A stretch of 64,000 nucleotides of DNA from Acidimicrobiia bacterium (GTDB lineage: Bacteria; Actinomycetota; Acidimicrobiia; Spongiisociales; ZC4RG35): the NCBI GenBank assembly GCA_965203555.1, contig CBDBCY010000004.1, positions 768,001 through 832,000 of the forward strand. The letters are read 5' to 3'. The number at the start of each line of letters is the position of its first letter. Position 1 is the stretch's first letter. The notes below the pieces were generated by a model that saw nothing but the letters and a program-made list of their open reading frames with translations, ran no database searches and had not been told where the DNA came from. Positions 1 to 9,979 of the stretch are shown piece after piece. Position numbers and translations under genes: made by a program.

Positions 1-249
1 TTCGACATGATGGGGCTTGAAAAAGTCGGACCACAGCACCGAGAGATGGTGCTTGACCAGCTCGGCCTGTTGCTCCTTGATGCTTACGCACCGACTCCGG
101 AAAACCGGGTCATCGGAATCGGCATACTTGGTGCAGGCGTTGAGCACCGAGCGAGCCTCGATCATGGCTTGGGCCGGGTCGTAGACTCCGCAAAAGAGAT
201 CGCAATGGGCATGAGCGATGGTTGCCGGCCGGAAAAAGGCCATTGTCAT
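1..249 (-). CDS. sodN: Nickel superoxide dismutase, 5' part (runs off the window start; not in the ORF track)
   Basis: Manual minus-strand translation gives MTMAFFRPATIAHA-HCDLFCGVYDPAQAMIEA...KEQQAELVKHHLSVLWSDFFKP, i.e. a leader peptide plus nickel hook. AGGAG RBS upstream; the start may be the second ATG at 243. Divergent from an S26 peptidase. Confidence 0.95.
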   Translation of the reverse strand, partial: MTMAFFRPATIAHAHCDLFCGVYDPAQAMIEARSVLNACTKYADSDDPVFRSRCVSIKEQQAELVKHHLSVLWSDFFKPHHVE

Positions 250-295
250 CTCCTCTCTGGGAAAACAAATCCTATTCTCGCCAGAATAGCGAAGT

Positions 296-733
296 ATGAG
301 TAGGTTAGGAATCCGATCGTTCAGGGTTTCCGGCTCTTCGATGACCCCCGCTCTTCACGAGGGAGACCGGTTCGTCGGCTGGCGGGCCGGCAGCGGAAAG
401 GCTCCCCGGCGCGGCGCGATCGTTGCCTTTCCCCACCCCTTGCGGTCGGGCTTCTGGCTGGTCAAACGGGTGGTGGGGTTGGGTGGCGAGGCGATTAGCA
501 TCAACGTGGGAGAAGTGTTGATTGACGGGCAGGCCGGGCTTGACCTATGGGGCAGCGGCTGGTCGGCCCCGGACGGAGAATGGACGGTACCTGCAGGTAG
601 GGTTTTCGTGCTCTCCGACCAGAGGCACCTGACCCGGGACGACTCTCGAGGCTTCGGGCCGGTCGGGACCGCCGGCCTTTACCGAATGGTCTTCCCTCCT
701 CGCAGCCGCAAACCCCTCACCCCGGCCACTTGA
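296..733 (+). CDS. sodX: S26-family peptidase, probable Ni-SOD maturation protease
   Basis: VSGSSMTPAL (catalytic Ser), LVKRVVG (catalytic Lys) and DSRGFGPV motifs; adjacent to sodN. Confidence 0.85.
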   Translation: MSRLGIRSFRVSGSSMTPALHEGDRFVGWRAGSGKAPRRGAIVAFPHPLRSGFWLVKRVVGLGGEAISINVGEVLIDGQAGLDLWGSGWSAPDGEWTVPAGRVFVLSDQRHLTRDDSRGFGPVGTAGLYRMVFPPRSRKPLTPAT

Positions 734-754
734 CTGCCCACAGGACCCTTTGAA

Positions 755-1594
755 ATGCGCCCATCGAACCGGCCGACCAACCAAATACAGAAATGGCAGA
801 GAAGAGTGCTGGTTGCTTTGGGCACTGCGGTGGTAGTGACGGCCGCCCTAGCGGTGGGACTGGTAATTCGAAACGCCCTCGGCAGTTCGGGGCTGACCGG
901 CCGGCAGGTTACGTCCGAGACGGTCACCTCCACCGCCCCGGCCACGACCGCCCTCGCAACAACCACTTTTCCCACGACTGCCGACAACCAAACGGCGCCC
1001 ACCGCTTCCACCGCCGAGCCCGGGGCATCCGTCCCCACCCTGCCCCCTCCCCCCGCCACCTTCGTGGAGGAGACCATCTCGGCCTCTGACCTCCGCATCC
1101 AACCCGAGGGTCTGGGACCCCTCCCCTTCGGAACGGACGCTACGAGAAGCGTGAGCATTCTTACCGATGCGCTCGGAGCGCCGGACCTGGACTCAGGATG
1201 GTTGCCGGCCGGGGTCGATCAACTTCAATGCCCGGGCACCAGAGCCAGAAGGGTCATTTGGGGCAGTCTGATCGTGTTTCTCTCAGACGGACCCACCGAC
1301 TGGGGCGCAGACGGATACGAACACTTCTTTTCCTTCGTCTATTCGCTGCCCGAAGGCGCCTCGGAACCGGATGGGCCTTCCCTGAGAACTTCGGAAGGCT
1401 TGCGACTGGGAGCGACTGCGGCGCGGGCGTCTTCCGTCTACGGTGAGTCGTCCATCACTCGCGACCACCCCACCGAGGGGACGTTTTTGGAGGTGGACGT
1501 CCCGGGGCCGGGTTACCTGCGAGGAGTATTCGCCGGACCGGGAGAGGAGGATCTGCTCACGTCCCTTCGCGGTGGCAACGGGTGCCGATCGTGA
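755..1594 (+). CDS. Hypothetical membrane-anchored exported protein
   Basis: N-terminal hydrophobic helix, Thr/Pro-rich linker and a globular C-terminal domain with Cys residues. Confidence 0.7.
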   Translation: MRPSNRPTNQIQKWQRRVLVALGTAVVVTAALAVGLVIRNALGSSGLTGRQVTSETVTSTAPATTALATTTFPTTADNQTAPTASTAEPGASVPTLPPPPATFVEETISASDLRIQPEGLGPLPFGTDATRSVSILTDALGAPDLDSGWLPAGVDQLQCPGTRARRVIWGSLIVFLSDGPTDWGADGYEHFFSFVYSLPEGASEPDGPSLRTSEGLRLGATAARASSVYGESSITRDHPTEGTFLEVDVPGPGYLRGVFAGPGEEDLLTSLRGGNGCRS

Positions 1595-1636
1595 AAGGCC
1601 AGGCCCGAGTCACCTTCAGCCATAACATCTCTATAC

Positions 1637-2875
1637 ATGCGAAAACTTCTGACGCTGGCTGTCTTGATAACGCTGGCGGCCGCCTGCGGTGGAGACTCTT
1701 CGGAGAGTCCTGATCAGCAACCCACTTCCACGGTGGCCCCTGACACCACCCCGTCGTCCACCAGCACCTCAGCCGCTCCTCCCGATACAGTCGAGGCGCC
1801 CGACACCACGGCGGCCAACCCCGAGAACGGCCCCTCCGGCACTATGGCGCCGGACAGCGCCACCACCATCCCCGAGGACAGAGCCACCGGCGCCCCGACT
1901 ACCACCACCGGCGGCACGTCGACCACGACCACCACAACCACGACCACCACAACCACGACTACTCCCGAGCCGTTCCTTCCACCCAGCCCGCTGACCGGTC
2001 TGGGAGTGGAAGACCCCGATTTGCTGAATCGCCGCACCATGGCGGTCAAGGTGGACAATCACTGGGATGCGCGTCCCCAGGCAGGAATAGGAGAGGCGGA
2101 GGCAGTTTTCGAACTCCTGGTCGAATCGGGCATCACTCGCTTCATAGCGTTCTTCCACACGGTGGACTCTGTGGCGGTGGGTCCGGTCCGTTCGGTTCGG
2201 CCCACCGATCCCCATCTGCTCAGGCATTTCAATGCCACCCTGCTCACCAGCGGGGGGCAGGGTTGGATACTCAGATCCTTCCCGCGAAACGGAGTCGGGG
2301 TGATCGGTGAAATCGGCGTGGGAGGATACCGCGACGACTCCCGCCAAGCGCCTCACAACTACTTCGTCAACACCGCGGAACTTCGTCCGGTGGCCGACCA
2401 GAGACTCTACCCCAACACGGCGCCTCCCCCTCTTTTCGAATTCGGGGAGTTGCCATCCGACGCCATTCTGGGGGCCGTAACCCGCGTCGACATGGAATGG
2501 GCACCCACCAACCCGATAAGTTGGCGCTGGAACGGCATGAAATGGGAACGTCACCTGGACGACGGCCCGCACTTCTGGACATCCCCCGAAGGCGTCACTC
2601 AGGTCTTGAACGCCGACACCCTGGTGGTCCTGTTCTCCGGGCTGTTCTATACCCGCCCTCCCGAGGGAGGGGGATATGCCCTGCCCACCATGGAGACCAC
2701 CGGAGAGGGACGGGCGCTGGTCTTCGCCCAGGGCCAGGTAGTGGAAGGCCGGTGGGAGCGGGCCGCTACCACCGAACCGTTCGTTCTGTCCCTGGCGGAC
2801 GGGTCCCCCTTGACGGTTCCTCCCGGACGGCCCTGGATCAGTCTCTTCCCCGAAGGTCGCCCGCTTACCTGGTAG
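1637..2875 (+). CDS. DUF3048-like lipoprotein
   Basis: Lipobox LAAAC, Thr-rich linker, and motifs AVKVDN..ARPQAGI, VESGITRF, GPVRSVR, APHN. Confidence 0.85.
   Translation: MRKLLTLAVLITLAAACGGDSSESPDQQPTSTVAPDTTPSSTSTSAAPPDTVEAPDTTAANPENGPSGTMAPDSATTIPEDRATGAPTTTTGGTSTTTTTTTTTTTTTTPEPFLPPSPLTGLGVEDPDLLNRRTMAVKVDNHWDARPQAGIGEAEAVFELLVESGITRFIAFFHTVDSVAVGPVRSVRPTDPHLLRHFNATLLTSGGQGWILRSFPRNGVGVIGEIGVGGYRDDSRQAPHNYFVNTAELRPVADQRLYPNTAPPPLFEFGELPSDAILGAVTRVDMEWAPTNPISWRWNGMKWERHLDDGPHFWTSPEGVTQVLNADTLVVLFSGLFYTRPPEGGGYALPTMETTGEGRALVFAQGQVVEGRWERAATTEPFVLSLADGSPLTVPPGRPWISLFPEGRPLTW
1898..1963 (+). repeat. Low-complexity ACN-codon repeat encoding a poly-Thr linker
   Basis: The accacgaccaccaca unit repeats in frame inside the lipoprotein gene. 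Confidence 0.8.
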
Positions 2876-2878
2876 AAC

Positions 2879-4303
2879 ATGAGAACCCTTCGGACCGCGG
2901 CAGAGATCGCCAACCAGGTCAGGTGCGGAGAACTCTCCGCCTCAGAGGTCACCCTCAGCGCCCTGGGGGCCTTGGAAGATCGTCAACCCGACCTCAATCT
3001 CACCACCTATATCGACGAGCAGGCCCTGGTGAGGGCGCGGGAGACCGATGCCAGGGTGACGGCGGGAGAAGACCCCGGCCCGCTGTGCGGAGTGCCGATC
3101 GTTCTCAAGGACCTGGTGAACCAGGCCGGTGTGCCCAACACCTGCGGTTCGGCGTTCTATCGGATCGTGCCCCAGAAATCCGCTCCGGTCGTGCAACGTT
3201 TAGAGAATGCCGGCGCCGTGGTGGTGGCCAGGGCGGGGCTTCACGAGTTTGCATTCGGGTTTTCCTCGGAGAACCAGTGGTTCGGACCGGTGCGCAATCC
3301 CCATGACCCCACCACCTCCCCGGGAGGATCCTCCGGCGGTTCGGCCGCGGCGGTGGCGGCTGGGCTGGCGCCGATCTCCATCGGCACCGATACGGGAGGA
3401 TCCATCAGGGTGCCGGCGGCCATGTGCGGTATTTTCGGGCTGAAGGTAACTCACGGGCGGGTTCCCCTCACCGGGGTCTTTCCACTGGGACCCTCCCTCG
3501 ACACCGTGGGACCTTTTGCGACGAACGCCGCAGATCTCGCTCTCGCCTACGCCACCATGGCCGGCTGGCATCCGCAGGACCATTGGTCTTCAACCCGAGC
3601 CGCCCACACCGACCTCCCGACCCCCGTATCTGCGGAGAGCATGAGAGTGGGTCTGCCCAACCAATGGCTGGCGGGGGCGCCCTACCAGGATGGGGTTGAA
3701 GAACGGTTTCATGTCGTTGTGGAACGTCTTGAGGGTCTTGGATTCAGGGTGGAGGAGTTCGATGACCCGGTCATCTCCCCTCCGGGCCGGATAAACGACA
3801 TCTTGTATCCCCAGGTAGCGGCGGTGCACAGGGTTTGGTGGGAAGCCGGGAAGCCGTATGGCGCCGAGGTGGCGGACCGGATCCGCGAATGCCTTGAGAT
3901 CGGGGGCAGGTACCCCGCCGAGTCCCTCCTGGGCGCCCAGGCATGGCAATCCCTCCTCCGTAACCGCCTGGCAGCCGCCTTCCAACAGTTCGACCTGCTT
4001 GCCATCCCCACCTCCGGCGGTTTGCGCAAGGTGATCGGCGAGCAGGAAATGGACACCAATCAGGGAAGGCTTCTGTACCGGCTGGTGCTGTCCTGGTTCA
4101 CCTCTCTGGTCAACACCTCCGGCTGTCCGGCCATCAGCATTCCGGTCCCCGAATCCCACCAGACCACCGGCGTCCCTTTCTCTCTGCAACTGGTTGCCCC
4201 GTGGTGGAGCGAAGACCTGTTGCTCAGGACGGCCGCCACCTTGGAAAGAGAAGGCCTTGCCCGGTCGATCCTGGCTGCCGCCATTCCAAAACCCACACAG
4301 TAA
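2879..4303 (+). CDS. Amidase-signature family enzyme (GatA-like fold)
   Basis: GPLCGVPIVLKD, GGSSGGSAAAVA and GTDTGGSIRVPAA motifs. Confidence 0.92.
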   Translation: MRTLRTAAEIANQVRCGELSASEVTLSALGALEDRQPDLNLTTYIDEQALVRARETDARVTAGEDPGPLCGVPIVLKDLVNQAGVPNTCGSAFYRIVPQKSAPVVQRLENAGAVVVARAGLHEFAFGFSSENQWFGPVRNPHDPTTSPGGSSGGSAAAVAAGLAPISIGTDTGGSIRVPAAMCGIFGLKVTHGRVPLTGVFPLGPSLDTVGPFATNAADLALAYATMAGWHPQDHWSSTRAAHTDLPTPVSAESMRVGLPNQWLAGAPYQDGVEERFHVVVERLEGLGFRVEEFDDPVISPPGRINDILYPQVAAVHRVWWEAGKPYGAEVADRIRECLEIGGRYPAESLLGAQAWQSLLRNRLAAAFQQFDLLAIPTSGGLRKVIGEQEMDTNQGRLLYRLVLSWFTSLVNTSGCPAISIPVPESHQTTGVPFSLQLVAPWWSEDLLLRTAATLEREGLARSILAAAIPKPTQ

Positions 4304-4377
4304 GGGTTTTAACACTTTGAAAAACGCGCGCTTGGGCTATTATTGGTCACCTACCAGATAGCTTTGATTACTCAACT

Positions 4378-6267
4378 GTGACATCTCCGCCCACTCGTAC
4401 CCAAAAGGATGGTGCTGGCGCGTCCCCAAATGGCGACGTCGCCGTTTTACAGCAAGTCACAGTACGCTTCGCTGGTGACTCCGGAGACGGCATGCAACTG
4501 GCCGGAAACCGGTTTGCCGACACCTCCGCTGCATTCGGCAACGACCTGTATACCCTGCCCAGTTTCCCGGCCGAGATACGGGCGCCGGCCGGAACCCTGC
4601 CCGGGGTCTCTTCATACCAGATCCAGATAGCGGACTGGGATATCTCCACGTCCGGCGATCGCCCCGACTGCATGGTGGCCATGAATCCGGCGGCTTTGAA
4701 GTCCAACATCGCTGATCTCCGCCAGGGCGGAACCCTGATAGTGAACAACGAGGCATTCGACGAGCGGGGTCTGGCAAAGGCCGGCTATGACGACAATCCC
4801 CTGATAGACGGCAGCCTCAATCACTACGACATGATCCAGATACCCATGAACACCATCACCAAGGAAGCGGTGGCGGACAAGGTGACCGGACGGTCGGTAC
4901 TACGATCACGCAACTTTGTGGCGCTGGGCTTTCTGGCCTGGCTGTTCCAGCGTCCACTCAAACCCATCGAGAAGTGGACAACCACCAAGTTTGCCCGTAT
5001 CCCCAACGTGGCGGAGGCCAACCTGGCCGCCTTGAAAGCCGGATACAACTTCGGGCTGACTACCGAGGCATCGCGCACCATCTTCATGGTGAAGCCCGCC
5101 GCCCTCCCGGTAGGCACATACACCAATCTCACCGGAAACACTGCCCTGGCCTGGGGGTTGATAGCCGCCTCCTATTGCGCCAAACTGCCTCTCTTCTACG
5201 GTTCCTACCCCATAACTCCCGCCTCCGACATCCTTCACGAACTCTCCCGTCACAAGCGGCTGGGAGTTCGAACCTTTCAGGCCGAGGATGAAATTTCGGC
5301 GGTGGGAGCGGCCATCGGAGCGTCGTTCGGCGGCAGCCTGGCCGTAACGGGATCATCGGGGCCGGGGATCGCATTGAAGAGCGAAGCGATCAGTCTGGCG
5401 CTGACTGCGGAACTGCCGCTGCTGGTGGTCAATGTTCAAAGGGCCGGCCCCTCCACCGGCATGCCCACCAAACCGGAGCAAACCGATTTGCTCTTCTCCC
5501 TGTTCGGTCGCCACGGGGAGTCCCCCATCCCGGTTATCGCCTGTTCCACCCCCTCGGACGTGGTCGAGACCACCATCGAGGCGGCCCGCTTGGCGCTTCG
5601 GTACATGACTCCGGTGATCCTCTTGTCCGACAACCACATCGCCAACGGTTCCGAGCCATGGAGAATCCCCAACGCCGACAGTCTGCCCGACATCAGCGTT
5701 CCCTTCGCCTCGGCGCCCAACGGGGCCAACGGTCAGTTCCTGCCCTACCTACGCGATTTCAACACCTTCTCCCGCCCCTGGGCCATTCCGGGCACCAAGG
5801 GCCTGGAACATCGGATCGGGGGATTGGAGAAGGAGAACATCAGCGGCAACATCTCCTACAACCCTGACAATCACCAGTTGATGACCGATTCCCGGGCGTG
5901 GAAGGTGGCGAACATCGCCAACGACATCCCGGCGGTGGAAGTCCATGGCGAACCGGACGCCGAACTGTTGGTTCTCAGTTGGGGATCCAGCAAGGGCACG
6001 GTTGGCGCCGCCTGTCGCAACCTGAACCGGGAGGGTTACAAGATCGCCTACGTACACCTGCGCTACCTGAATCCTCTCCCCGCCAATCTGGGAGAGGTGA
6101 TTCACTCCTACCCCAAACTCATGATCCCCGAACTCAACACGGGGCAGTTGCGTTACATAATCCGCGCCAACTACCTCAAAGACGCGGTGAGCCTCAACAA
6201 GGTAGCCGGCACTCCCTTCTACATCGGCGAAATCAGAGACAAGATCCTGGAGATATTCGAGTCATGA
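4378..6267 (+). CDS. korA: 2-oxoacid:ferredoxin oxidoreductase alpha subunit
   Basis: RFAGDSGDGMQLAG, YPITPASDILH, QAEDEI and QRAGPSTGMPTK motifs. Confidence 0.93.
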   Translation: MTSPPTRTQKDGAGASPNGDVAVLQQVTVRFAGDSGDGMQLAGNRFADTSAAFGNDLYTLPSFPAEIRAPAGTLPGVSSYQIQIADWDISTSGDRPDCMVAMNPAALKSNIADLRQGGTLIVNNEAFDERGLAKAGYDDNPLIDGSLNHYDMIQIPMNTITKEAVADKVTGRSVLRSRNFVALGFLAWLFQRPLKPIEKWTTTKFARIPNVAEANLAALKAGYNFGLTTEASRTIFMVKPAALPVGTYTNLTGNTALAWGLIAASYCAKLPLFYGSYPITPASDILHELSRHKRLGVRTFQAEDEISAVGAAIGASFGGSLAVTGSSGPGIALKSEAISLALTAELPLLVVNVQRAGPSTGMPTKPEQTDLLFSLFGRHGESPIPVIACSTPSDVVETTIEAARLALRYMTPVILLSDNHIANGSEPWRIPNADSLPDISVPFASAPNGANGQFLPYLRDFNTFSRPWAIPGTKGLEHRIGGLEKENISGNISYNPDNHQLMTDSRAWKVANIANDIPAVEVHGEPDAELLVLSWGSSKGTVGAACRNLNREGYKIAYVHLRYLNPLPANLGEVIHSYPKLMIPELNTGQLRYIIRANYLKDAVSLNKVAGTPFYIGEIRDKILEIFES

Positions 6268-7271
6268 GCAACGTGACCTACAGCCGTACCGACTTTCAAA
6301 GCGACCAGGAGGTCAGGTGGTGCCCCGGATGCGGCGACTACACCATTTTGGCCTCGGTCCAGACTTTCATGGCCCAGATGGGCGTTCCCCGCGAGAACAT
6401 CGTGGTTGTCTCGGGCATCGGCTGCGCCGCCCGCTTCCCCTATTACATGAAGACCTACGGTTTTCACACCATTCACGGACGGGCGCCGGCCATTGCAACC
6501 GGCCTCGCCGCCTCCCGTCCCGATCTGTCCATCTGGGTGGTGACCGGAGACGGCGACGCCCTTTCCATCGGAGGAAACCATCTGATCCATGGCCTCCGCC
6601 GCAACGTCAACATGAAAATTCTCCTCTTCAACAACCAGATCTACGGGCTGACCAAGGGACAGTACTCGCCCACCTCCGAGGTCGGAAAGCGCACCAAGTC
6701 CACCCCTTTCGGATCGATTGACTATCCGTTCAACCCGGTCAGCCTGGCTTTGGGCGCCGAGGCGACGTTCGTGGCCAGGACCATCGACATGGACCGCAAT
6801 CACACCCAGCAAATCCTGGGAGAGGCGGTCAACCACAAAGGATCGGTTTTCATAGAGATCTATCAGAACTGCAATGTCTTCAACGACAAGGCATTCATCC
6901 AGTTGACCGGTAAAACCGAACGGGTTGCCAACCGGATCAATCTCCAGGCCGGCAAGCCCGTTGTGTTCGGCAGGTCGGGAGAAAACTGTGTGGTCATCGA
7001 GGATGGCGAAGCCCGGATAAAGCCAACCGCTTCGGTCCCTCGCGACCAGATCCTGGTGCATGATCCGACCAGGGACAATCCCAGTGTGGCTTTCTCCATC
7101 AGCCGATTGGCCCACGGTCCTTTCGGACCCACCCCCCTGGGGATCTTCCGCCAGGTGAGGCGTCCCACCTACGGGGCGGAGATGCAACTACAGATCGTTG
7201 AGTCCCAGGACCGGGGCCCTGCAGACTTGAACGCGCTGTTCAGTTCCGCCGGCACCTGGAAAGTCAGCTGA
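6264..7271 (+). CDS. korB: 2-oxoacid:ferredoxin oxidoreductase beta subunit
   Basis: WCPGCGD, SGIGC and the TPP motif GDGD...NNQIYGLTKGQ. The ATG at 6264 overlaps the korA stop; the ORF-track start at 5898 is too long. Confidence 0.93.
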   Translation: MSNVTYSRTDFQSDQEVRWCPGCGDYTILASVQTFMAQMGVPRENIVVVSGIGCAARFPYYMKTYGFHTIHGRAPAIATGLAASRPDLSIWVVTGDGDALSIGGNHLIHGLRRNVNMKILLFNNQIYGLTKGQYSPTSEVGKRTKSTPFGSIDYPFNPVSLALGAEATFVARTIDMDRNHTQQILGEAVNHKGSVFIEIYQNCNVFNDKAFIQLTGKTERVANRINLQAGKPVVFGRSGENCVVIEDGEARIKPTASVPRDQILVHDPTRDNPSVAFSISRLAHGPFGPTPLGIFRQVRRPTYGAEMQLQIVESQDRGPADLNALFSSAGTWKVS

Positions 7272-7284
7272 GCAGGAGAGGCAC

Positions 7285-7641
7285 ATGCGGATGAACGTAC
7301 TCGGAGGAGAATTGGAACCTTGTTCCATGCAGCCTCTGACCGGTTACTACCGGACAGGATCATGCGAAACCCGGGGCGACGATGTCGGGGTCCATGCGGT
7401 CTGCGCACAGATGACCGAGGAGTTCCTGGAGTTCAGCAAATCACGGGGAAACGACCTGAGCACCCCCATGCCCCTGTACGGATTCGAAGGGCTGCAACCC
7501 GGGGATTGCTGGTGTCTGTGCGCTTCCCGGTGGCAGGAAGCCCTTGAAGCGGGAATGGCGCCGCAGGTGCGACTTGAAGCCACTTCAGTGGCCGCACTGG
7601 AATGGGTCAATCTGAAGGACCTCCGCAAGTACGCCATCTGA
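7285..7641 (+). CDS. DUF2237 family protein
   Basis: NVLGGELEPCS..PLTGYYRTGSC, GNDLSTP and WCLCASRW motifs. Confidence 0.9.
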   Translation: MRMNVLGGELEPCSMQPLTGYYRTGSCETRGDDVGVHAVCAQMTEEFLEFSKSRGNDLSTPMPLYGFEGLQPGDCWCLCASRWQEALEAGMAPQVRLEATSVAALEWVNLKDLRKYAI

Positions 7642-7716
7642 CCGCGGCCTGCATCTTCCCAGCCTCGCAACAAAAGGGTGGAGCCGGACCGCTGCGCCGC
7701 GGCCCGGCGGCCCTTC

Positions 7717-8469
7717 TCAGCGTTTGGAGGCGGCTACGGCTCGGGCGACCGCTTCTCGGATTATCGGATCGGCGAGTCGGGAAAAGGGCAGGGACTGCAC
7801 CCACACCCGTCCCACTCCGCTGATCGTCGCCAAGAAGATCCCTTCTCCGCCGAAAGCCATGGTCTTCAGGCTCCCTGCCCGCTCGATCGAGTACTCCATG
7901 CCTTCCTCGAAGGCCACCAGACATCCCGTGTCCAGGCGGATGGTCTCGCCTGCCAAACGGCGCTCCACCACCATGCCTCCGGCGTTGACGAAGGCAATCC
8001 CGTCACCCTCCAGCCTTTGCAGGATGAAGCCCTCGCCACCGAAGAGCCCACTCCCGAACCTGCGATTGAAGTGCATCGCAACCCTGGTGCCCAGGGCCGC
8101 GCACAGGAAGGCGTCGCGCTGACAGATCACGGGGCGGCCTATCTCCGCCAGATCCAGAGGGATAATCTTGCCCGGCACCGACGCTCCGAAAGCGACTTTG
8201 GCGCGTCCCCAACCCGAGTTGGTGAAGTGAGTCATGAACAGCGACTCCCCGCTGAGGGCCCTGCCGGCCGCGCTGGCCGCCTTACGAAGGAAACCGCCTT
8301 TCTTCTCCGGTTCGGACCCGTCTCCCAATCTGGCCTCGAAAGTTATGCCTTCATCCATGAAGATCATGGCGCCGGCTTCGGCGATCGCTGACTCCTGGGG
8401 ATCAAGGAACACCTCCACGAACTGCAGATCGTCTCCATTGATCTGGTAGTCAATCTCGTGGCTTCGCAT
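7717..8469 (-). CDS. AIM24/TIGR00266 family protein
   Basis: [24 protein letters not shown] and [11 protein letters not shown] motifs; start trimmed to MRSHEIDY. Confidence 0.9.
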   Translation of the reverse strand: MRSHEIDYQINGDDLQFVEVFLDPQESAIAEAGAMIFMDEGITFEARLGDGSEPEKKGGFLRKAASAAGRALSGESLFMTHFTNSGWGRAKVAFGASVPGKIIPLDLAEIGRPVICQRDAFLCAALGTRVAMHFNRRFGSGLFGGEGFILQRLEGDGIAFVNAGGMVVERRLAGETIRLDTGCLVAFEEGMEYSIERAGSLKTMAFGGEGIFLATISGVGRVWVQSLPFSRLADPIIREAVARAVAASKR

Positions 8470-8576
8470 GGTTCTCCTAACAGATAGCTTTCCCGGTAAG
8501 TCTGGCGCGTGCGGTCGGTTTTGCGTGGGCAATAGCCGAGAACAAGGCTTCCGGTTCTTGCTAAGGTCATGGCCAA

Positions 8577-9602
8577 GTGAGCAACCTGTTCTTGAAACCC
8601 TTCGACCGCTTGGGCCGCACACTGGCCGATCTGCGAATCTCGGTCACCGACCGCTGCAATTTCCGTTGCACGTATTGCATGCCCAAGGAGATATTCAACC
8701 GCGAATACAAATTCCTGGAGCGAGGCGCACTGCTCAGTTTTGAAGAGATCGCCCGTCTGTCAGGCATATTCACCTCCCTGGGCGCCAGGAAAATCCGTCT
8801 GACCGGAGGGGAGCCCCTTCTGAGAGCCGGCTTGGAGAAGCTGGTGGCCATGCTGTCCAACACATCGGGAGTCTCCGATCTGACCCTCACCACCAATGGC
8901 ATTCTCCTGCCCCGCAAGGCCCAGGCCCTGGCCGAGGCAGGCCTGGACCGGGTGACGGTCAGTCTCGACTCGTTGTCCGACGAGGTGTTCGGCGCCATGA
9001 ACGACGTGGGGGCAAAGGTGGCCGACGTACTGCTCGGGATCGAGGCGGCCGCGGCGGCGGGTCTGCATCCGATCAAGATCAACATGGTGGTGAAAAGGGG
9101 AGTCAACGACCACTCCGTCCTGGAGATGGCCGAGTATTTCCGGGGCACGGGGTACATTCTTCGCTTCATCGAATACATGGATGTGGGCGCCACCAATGGG
9201 TGGCGGCTGGAGGAGGTGACGCCGGCTCACGAGATCGTCAACCGCATCAATCGAGTATTTCCCATCGAGCCGGTCGAGCCCAACTATCGAGGAGAGGTGG
9301 CCCGGCGCTGGCGTTTTGTGGACGGCCAGGGAGAGATCGGGGTGATCGCCTCGGTGACCCAGCCCTTCTGCGGGGACTGCACGCGGGCCCGGATATCGGC
9401 CGACGGTATGCTCTACACCTGTCTGTTCGCAACTTGCGGCACCGACCTGCGGGAAGCAATCAGGTCGGGGGCTTCCGACCGGCGCCTGCGGCGCATGATC
9501 GCGGGAGTGTGGTCGGAGCGGGTCGACCAGTACTCGGAGCTTCGCTCGGGGGAAACCGCTGGAATCGGCCAGAGGGTCGAAATGAGCTACATAGGGGGTT
9601 GA
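8577..9602 (+). CDS. moaA: GTP 3',8-cyclase (molybdopterin biosynthesis)
   Basis: [16 protein letters not shown] radical SAM motif, [11 protein letters not shown]-terminal MSYIGG. Confidence 0.96.
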   Translation: MSNLFLKPFDRLGRTLADLRISVTDRCNFRCTYCMPKEIFNREYKFLERGALLSFEEIARLSGIFTSLGARKIRLTGGEPLLRAGLEKLVAMLSNTSGVSDLTLTTNGILLPRKAQALAEAGLDRVTVSLDSLSDEVFGAMNDVGAKVADVLLGIEAAAAAGLHPIKINMVVKRGVNDHSVLEMAEYFRGTGYILRFIEYMDVGATNGWRLEEVTPAHEIVNRINRVFPIEPVEPNYRGEVARRWRFVDGQGEIGVIASVTQPFCGDCTRARISADGMLYTCLFATCGTDLREAIRSGASDRRLRRMIAGVWSERVDQYSELRSGETAGIGQRVEMSYIGG

Positions 9603-9655
9603 GTGGTGACCGCCAACCGGATACGCATCGCAACCGTAGGACCGACCAGGGAATC

Positions 9656-9955
9656 ATGAGATCCAATAAAGAAGGAACCGGTGAATACAAGGTCTCCAAC
9701 GGGTGGCGGGTGGGACACACGCCCCAAGAGTCCACCACCCGCTCGGGTTTGCTGGTGTCAACGGGCAGCAACGGCCAGAACGACGCTCTTGCACTGATCG
9801 ACGTGGTCACCGGAAGGCACTTCTGGGCAGTCCCGACCGGCGCCTGGCGTTTTCTGTGGCCGCCTACCGGAAAGCCGGTGGTGGCGGTTCGACAGTCGCA
9901 GATAATCGCCGAGGAAGAACCCGACCAACCACTCGACGAGGGCCAGTATCTCTAG
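9656..9955 (+). CDS. Small hypothetical protein
   Basis: 3' part of ORF 9200..9955; fills the gap between moaA and hflX on the same strand. No family recognised. Confidence 0.5.
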   Translation: MRSNKEGTGEYKVSNGWRVGHTPQESTTRSGLLVSTGSNGQNDALALIDVVTGRHFWAVPTGAWRFLWPPTGKPVVAVRQSQIIAEEEPDQPLDEGQYL

Positions 9956-9979
9956 AGCCACGGCCCGCGGGGCGTCAAG

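Noticed and set aside
7-303. Plus-strand 98-aa ORF from the track
   Set aside because: It is the antisense shadow of sodN.
1898-1963. Short tandem repeats as a possible CRISPR or contingency locus
   Set aside because: They are in-frame Thr codons of a lipoprotein linker, with no spacers and no cas genes.
2879-4303. Amidase as gatA
   Set aside because: There is no flanking gatC or gatB, and the sequence reads as a generic amidase.
5898-6263. Apparent N-terminal extensions of korB (likewise relA, tgt, leuC, leuD, the acyltransferase and xpt)
   Set aside because: They overlap upstream genes. Homology starts at downstream codons that are coupled to the preceding stops.
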